Assembly: GCA_043228905.1 (NCBI GenBank)
Contig: JBHGNT010001105.1
Span: forward strand, 1-12,040
Length of the DNA: 12,040 nt
Direction: 5' to 3'
Origin: Azolla caroliniana
Taxonomy: Eukaryota > Plantae > Polypodiophyta
Part shown: positions 8,499-12,040 of the stretch, piece after piece
How positions within the stretch are numbered: position 1 is the stretch's first letter
Layout of the letters: each line of letters opens with the position of its first letter
Translations under genes and position numbers: made by a program
Notes under the pieces: model-generated
Told to the model about the DNA's origin: nothing
Database searches by the model: none
What the model saw: only the letters and a program-made list of their open reading frames with translations

Positions 8499-9335
8499 TG
8501 TGGTAGTGTAATTCGCACACTATGAGAAAATTGCATTTTTGTCCCTCCGGATGGGACAAGGAGGAACCAGTAAAGAAGAACCGGTGAGAACCGAATGAAG
8601 GAGGAACCGGTAAAGAGGAATCGGTAAGGACCGGACCCGGTAAGGACCGGACCCAGTAAGGAGACCCGATGAGAACCGGATGAAGAGACATATTTGTAAA
8701 TAGAAGAAAGTATAAAAATATATATTACATGCATAGGGCAAGATTCAAACCTTGCACCTCCATGTTTATAATGTAAAGCCTTACCATTACACTAACATAT
8801 CATTAGTGTTAAAGAAAAAGTAAACATCCCATATAGAAAGGTAAGTTCACGCTAGGATAAACTTTAGTTAGAAGAAAACGCATGATAAAAGAAAAAGCTA
8901 CGCATGCACATGTAGAGTGCATGAAAGTCATAATCGATAAAAACGTATCAAATTAGAAAAAGTAGGATCACTTTAGAAAAAGTATAGAGTCTATCTATAG
9001 AAAAAGCATGGATTGTTAAAGACTCTCTCATCACTATATAAGGATGAGGAGCACAATGTAATAGTGTGTGAAATACTTTGAAATTGGATATATTTCCTAA
9101 AACACCAATTAATATAATATATTCGTGGGATTCACAAATTTGTGATCAAAATTGTCTCTTACTATCTCAATATTGATTAAAAACACTAAACTCATGGGAT
9201 TCACGAGATTCATAACTTACCTATCTTTCTACCTATTCATTACTAGCCTTCTCTCATATTCTTCTTTCTCCTAGTTCATAACCTCAGCGGTTCCCACCCG
9301 ACTCACACAACGATCCGGTGCCGAAAGGCACAACA
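8499..9335 (+). repeat. 3' LTR of nested element (837 bp)
   Basis: TGTGGTAGTGTAATTC...GCACAACA. Direct repeat of 5714-6635 with a shorter minisatellite and an extra 20 bp at ~8963-8982. Confidence 0.95.
8730..8794 (-). other. Degenerate tRNA-like Pol III A-box/B-box cassette in the 3' LTR
   Basis: Minus strand TAGTGTAATGG (8784-8794) ... GCAAGGTTTGAATCTTGCCCTATGCA, followed within ~12 nt by TTTTT. Confidence 0.45.
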
Positions 9336-9339
9336 ACGG

Positions 9340-9750
9340 TGTTGTCTCTGACTGCTTTGGCTTCCACCCACATTGTACAGTAAACGGTTGCCACAATTAT
9401 GTACCGGTTGCCGGTTCTCATTGCCGGCATTTTGAACGGTCTGACAAAATCCAGTCCCCATTTTTGAAAGGGGTCTAATGGGAACACCGGTTGATGCGGC
9501 ATCCGTGAGTGCTCCGTCGGTCGGCCCATTCGCTGACAAAGGTCGTATTCCTTTGCATACCGAGTGGCTTTCTTCAGTGTTGTGGGCTACCACAATCCGC
9601 TTCTCCCAATTTTCCTTGTCATAGCGTATCCGGCTTAGTGGCCTCCTGCCACACTACACTGGGCTTCTCGTAGGATTACGTCCTTCTCGTCACTCTGGAC
9701 CTCACGTTGCCAGATTCCATCAGCTCTTTTATGGTACATCATGTCCTACA
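9340..9750 (-). pseudogene. Gypsy integrase N-terminal part (degenerate zinc finger and first catalytic Asp region)
   Basis: VAGGH, SGLW*PT, DLCQRMGRP, PFQKWGLDFV.PF and RYIIVATVYCTMWVEAKAVRDN. Confidence 0.92.
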
Positions 9751-9964
9751 ATAAGAAAAAATGCCGACTCTGTACTGCCAACCGCTTCCATTCATCCCAA
9801 TTCAATTCCTCTGGAGGCAGTCTGGTGCATAGGAATTGGTGCATGTTGGTAAGCCACTTATCTTCTCCTACCACTCTTTCATCCGCCGTCGTCTCCAGGG
9901 TTACCCTTAATAACTGTGCATCCGAGAACTCCTTCTCAACACCGTCTTTGGTTTCTCTGGATTC

Positions 9965-10330
9965 TTATCGGCTTAAGTAATCGGCTAGCGCATGTTGCAC
10001 TTCTGGTCGGTGGAATATTTCAAATTCAAATTCTTGTAGCAAGAATGTCCACCGGGCTAGTTTACCAGTTAAGGATGCTTTTGAGACCAAGTATAGTAGT
10101 GTCGAATGATCCACATGAAATGAAAATTTTCGTCGTAGGAGGTACTGGCAAAACTTTGTTACGCTATAAACCATCCCCAAGGCTTCTCTCTCTATTGTAG
10201 AGTAGTTTCGTTCGGACTTTGAGAGCTTCCGACTGGTGTAGTACACCATCTGGTACCACCTTGGTTCGGTGTGCTGCATGAGAACGATGTCGATCGCTAT
10301 ATCGGACACGTCCACGAACACATGAAATTT
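9965..10330 (-). pseudogene. Gypsy RNase H
   Basis: FVDVSDIAI..VLMQ, YYTSRKLSKSERNYSTIEREALGMVYSV, FHVDHSTLLYL, GKLARWTFLLQEFEFEIFHRP and ADYLSR. Confidence 0.95.
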
Positions 10331-10349
10331 CTTGGTTCAATCCGGGGGT

Positions 10350-11410
10350 TTGCACCATCACCGCCTGTGATAGCATCAATTTCAACACGTGGTATGCCCT
10401 TTCCTCCAGCTCCATCCATTGGAATTGGATTCGGTGAACGGCCGCGTGTAAAGGTGTGGCAAAGTTGGCCAAATACCAGAGCATCCGGCTATGCCACCGG
10501 ATTTGTCCTAAAAACCGGCTTAATGCTTTGGTGTTTGCCGGTGGCTGTGCTTCCAAATTAGCTTTTTCTTTATCGGATCTACCGCAATGACGTCCTTGCT
10601 CACGATATGTCCTAACAACGTCCCACTTGCTACTCCAAACGTACACTTTGCTGGATTTAGGCTAAGCCGGTATCCCCATCACTTCTCTAAACATAACCGG
10701 AGATGATCCAGGTGTTCTCCCTTTCGGCTATAAACCATAAAATCTTCTAGAAACACCTGCATGAATGCCGAAATGAATTTTTCGAATATGTCCATAATGA
10801 TTCGCTGAAATGTTTCTGGTGCCATCTTTAGTCCGAACATCATTACTACCGCCACGAATACTCCCCACTCCGTAACGGATGTTGTCTTCTCCTGGTTTGT
10901 TGGATGCATCCGAATTTGATTGTATCCACTGAATCCGTTGAGGAAGTTATATACTTCGTGACCGGTTACCACGTCTAGAATCGTATTTGTTAATGGGAGT
11001 GGAAACGCATCCGTCACCGTTGCTGCATTTAACTTCCGGTAATCCACACAAAACCTAAATTTGCCATTTTTCTTGGGAACGACCACAATTGGGCTTAACC
11101 ATGTTGCCTGCTTCATTGGCCGGATAAAACCGACTCAAAGTAAGTTATCAATCTCCTCTTTCACTTTGGCCGCATAGTTCGGATTCATGCGATATCGTCT
11201 CTGTGCTACCAGTTTTGTATCCTTGCTCAGGTGAATTTGGTGCTGATACAACTGGGGGTCCAATCCTTGCATGTCTTCGTACGACCATGCGAATACGTCC
11301 CGTAATTCTTTCAGTAGTGACACCATCAATGATTTTTCTGACAGTGGCATTTCTTTTGCCACATTTACTAGTTTCGATTTCTCCCTAGTTCCGAGGCTCA
11401 GTTCCTCCAA
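10350..11410 (-). pseudogene. Gypsy reverse transcriptase (frameshifted; catalytic Asp residues substituted)
   Basis: DVFAWSYEDMQG, WLSPIVVVPKKNGKFRFCVDYRKLN, FLNGFSGYNQI (D>N), MMFGLK.AP.TFQR, VFLEDF (DD>ED) and LSRFLGQIRWH. Confidence 0.96.
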
Positions 11411-11749
11411 CTATGACGCTCTCACTCGTTGCGATACTTCCATTTCCTGTTTCAGGGATTCCTGGGCTTGACGTAATTTCCGGATTGCATCTCAATCCGG
11501 ATCATCACCAACTTCTTCTGTTTGCATGATATACGGGGTAACTGCTTCCGCAACGTCTACTTCGAACAATAGAACTATCCTTGGATGTTTGTCAAGGTAT
11601 CGATCTACCTTTTTGTCGACTAGCCCTTCTAGCATGTTAATGCTTTCCGCATATAGTGGCATCAACTCCTTACTGGCACCCATTCATGGGTGTGTCAGTA
11701 CTCACACTTTTGCTTTGCCTCACCGGAAAGTAATGAAATTCTTCTACCA

Positions 11750-12040
11750 ATTCTGTTTTATGTGCGCCGTCCGCAGCCATAGTCTTCCTAGCAACAAGGG
11801 ATATGCTCATTGTGCGTTTAGCTGCAGAACCACTGCGGATATCCGGAATGCATGTCCGCCGATTGTGACCTCCGAATCCCGAAGCAGTCTGGTTGCCCGG
11901 ACCGAACTGGTATCAGCCATCTGGAGCCAGAATGGGCATGGTTCCCATTCCTAGATCCCCCAGGTATCACAGGTACGTTGGCTAATTACGTTCACTCCCA
12001 ATCCGCCGTCTACGATTGTTCATGGTACTTCTGTTCCCTT
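11750..12040 (-). pseudogene. Gypsy aspartic protease
   Basis: Manual translation gives TIVDGGLGVNVIS (active-site DGG), LQMADTSSV and YPLLLGRLWL. Confidence 0.88.

Larger units (their letters stand above)
5714..9335 (+). mobile_element. Complete non-autonomous gag-only LTR retrotransposon (TR-GAG/LARD-like, 3622 bp) nested in the gypsy integrase
   Basis: Two LTRs, a PBS, a PPT and TSD GCGG (5710-5713) / ACGG (9336-9339). Removing it restores the host integrase in frame (VEAKAVRDN-TATSTTKFLYENI). No pol motifs in the 1.86-kb interior. Confidence 0.93.
4568..12040 (-). mobile_element. Degenerate Ty3/gypsy LTR retrotransposon (non-chromovirus type); 5' part lies beyond the window
   Basis: Domain order on the minus strand is PR-RT-RH-INT, then PPT and LTR. 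The integrase ends in a GPY/F module with no chromodomain. Many stops and frameshifts. Confidence 0.93.

Noticed and set aside
11526-11954. 142-aa plus-strand ORF and other short plus-strand ORFs over 9741-11471
   Set aside because: They are antisense shadows of the gypsy pol with no recognisable motifs.

Overview
This window is eukaryotic, plant-type repeat DNA made of nested, decayed LTR retrotransposons; I see no cellular gene. The protein motifs and tRNA-Trp primer site suggest a land plant, possibly a non-seed plant (inference). (1) 1-4487 (+) is an internally deleted Ty1/copia element. Its 5' LTR is fused directly to the RT C-terminus/RNase H, a ~1.45 kb block is tandemly duplicated, and it carries two solo LTRs (228-686, 1605-2153) plus a third LTR-like insert (~3354-3878). 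(2) 4568-12040 (-) is a degenerate non-chromovirus Ty3/gypsy element (PR-RT-RH-INT, PPT, 256-bp 3' LTR) that runs off the right edge. (3) 5714-9335 (+) is a complete 3.6-kb non-autonomous, gag-only (TR-GAG-like) LTR element inserted in the gypsy integrase. It has a 4-bp TSD, an 18-nt tRNA-Trp PBS and a PPT, and its LTRs contain a variable minisatellite, an antisense tRNA-like Pol III A/B-box cassette and twin covarying hairpins. The best candidates for novelty are this element's LTR architecture and a CG-centred 4-bp target site shared by three elements with TGTCG-type termini. All alignments and identity values were done by eye.
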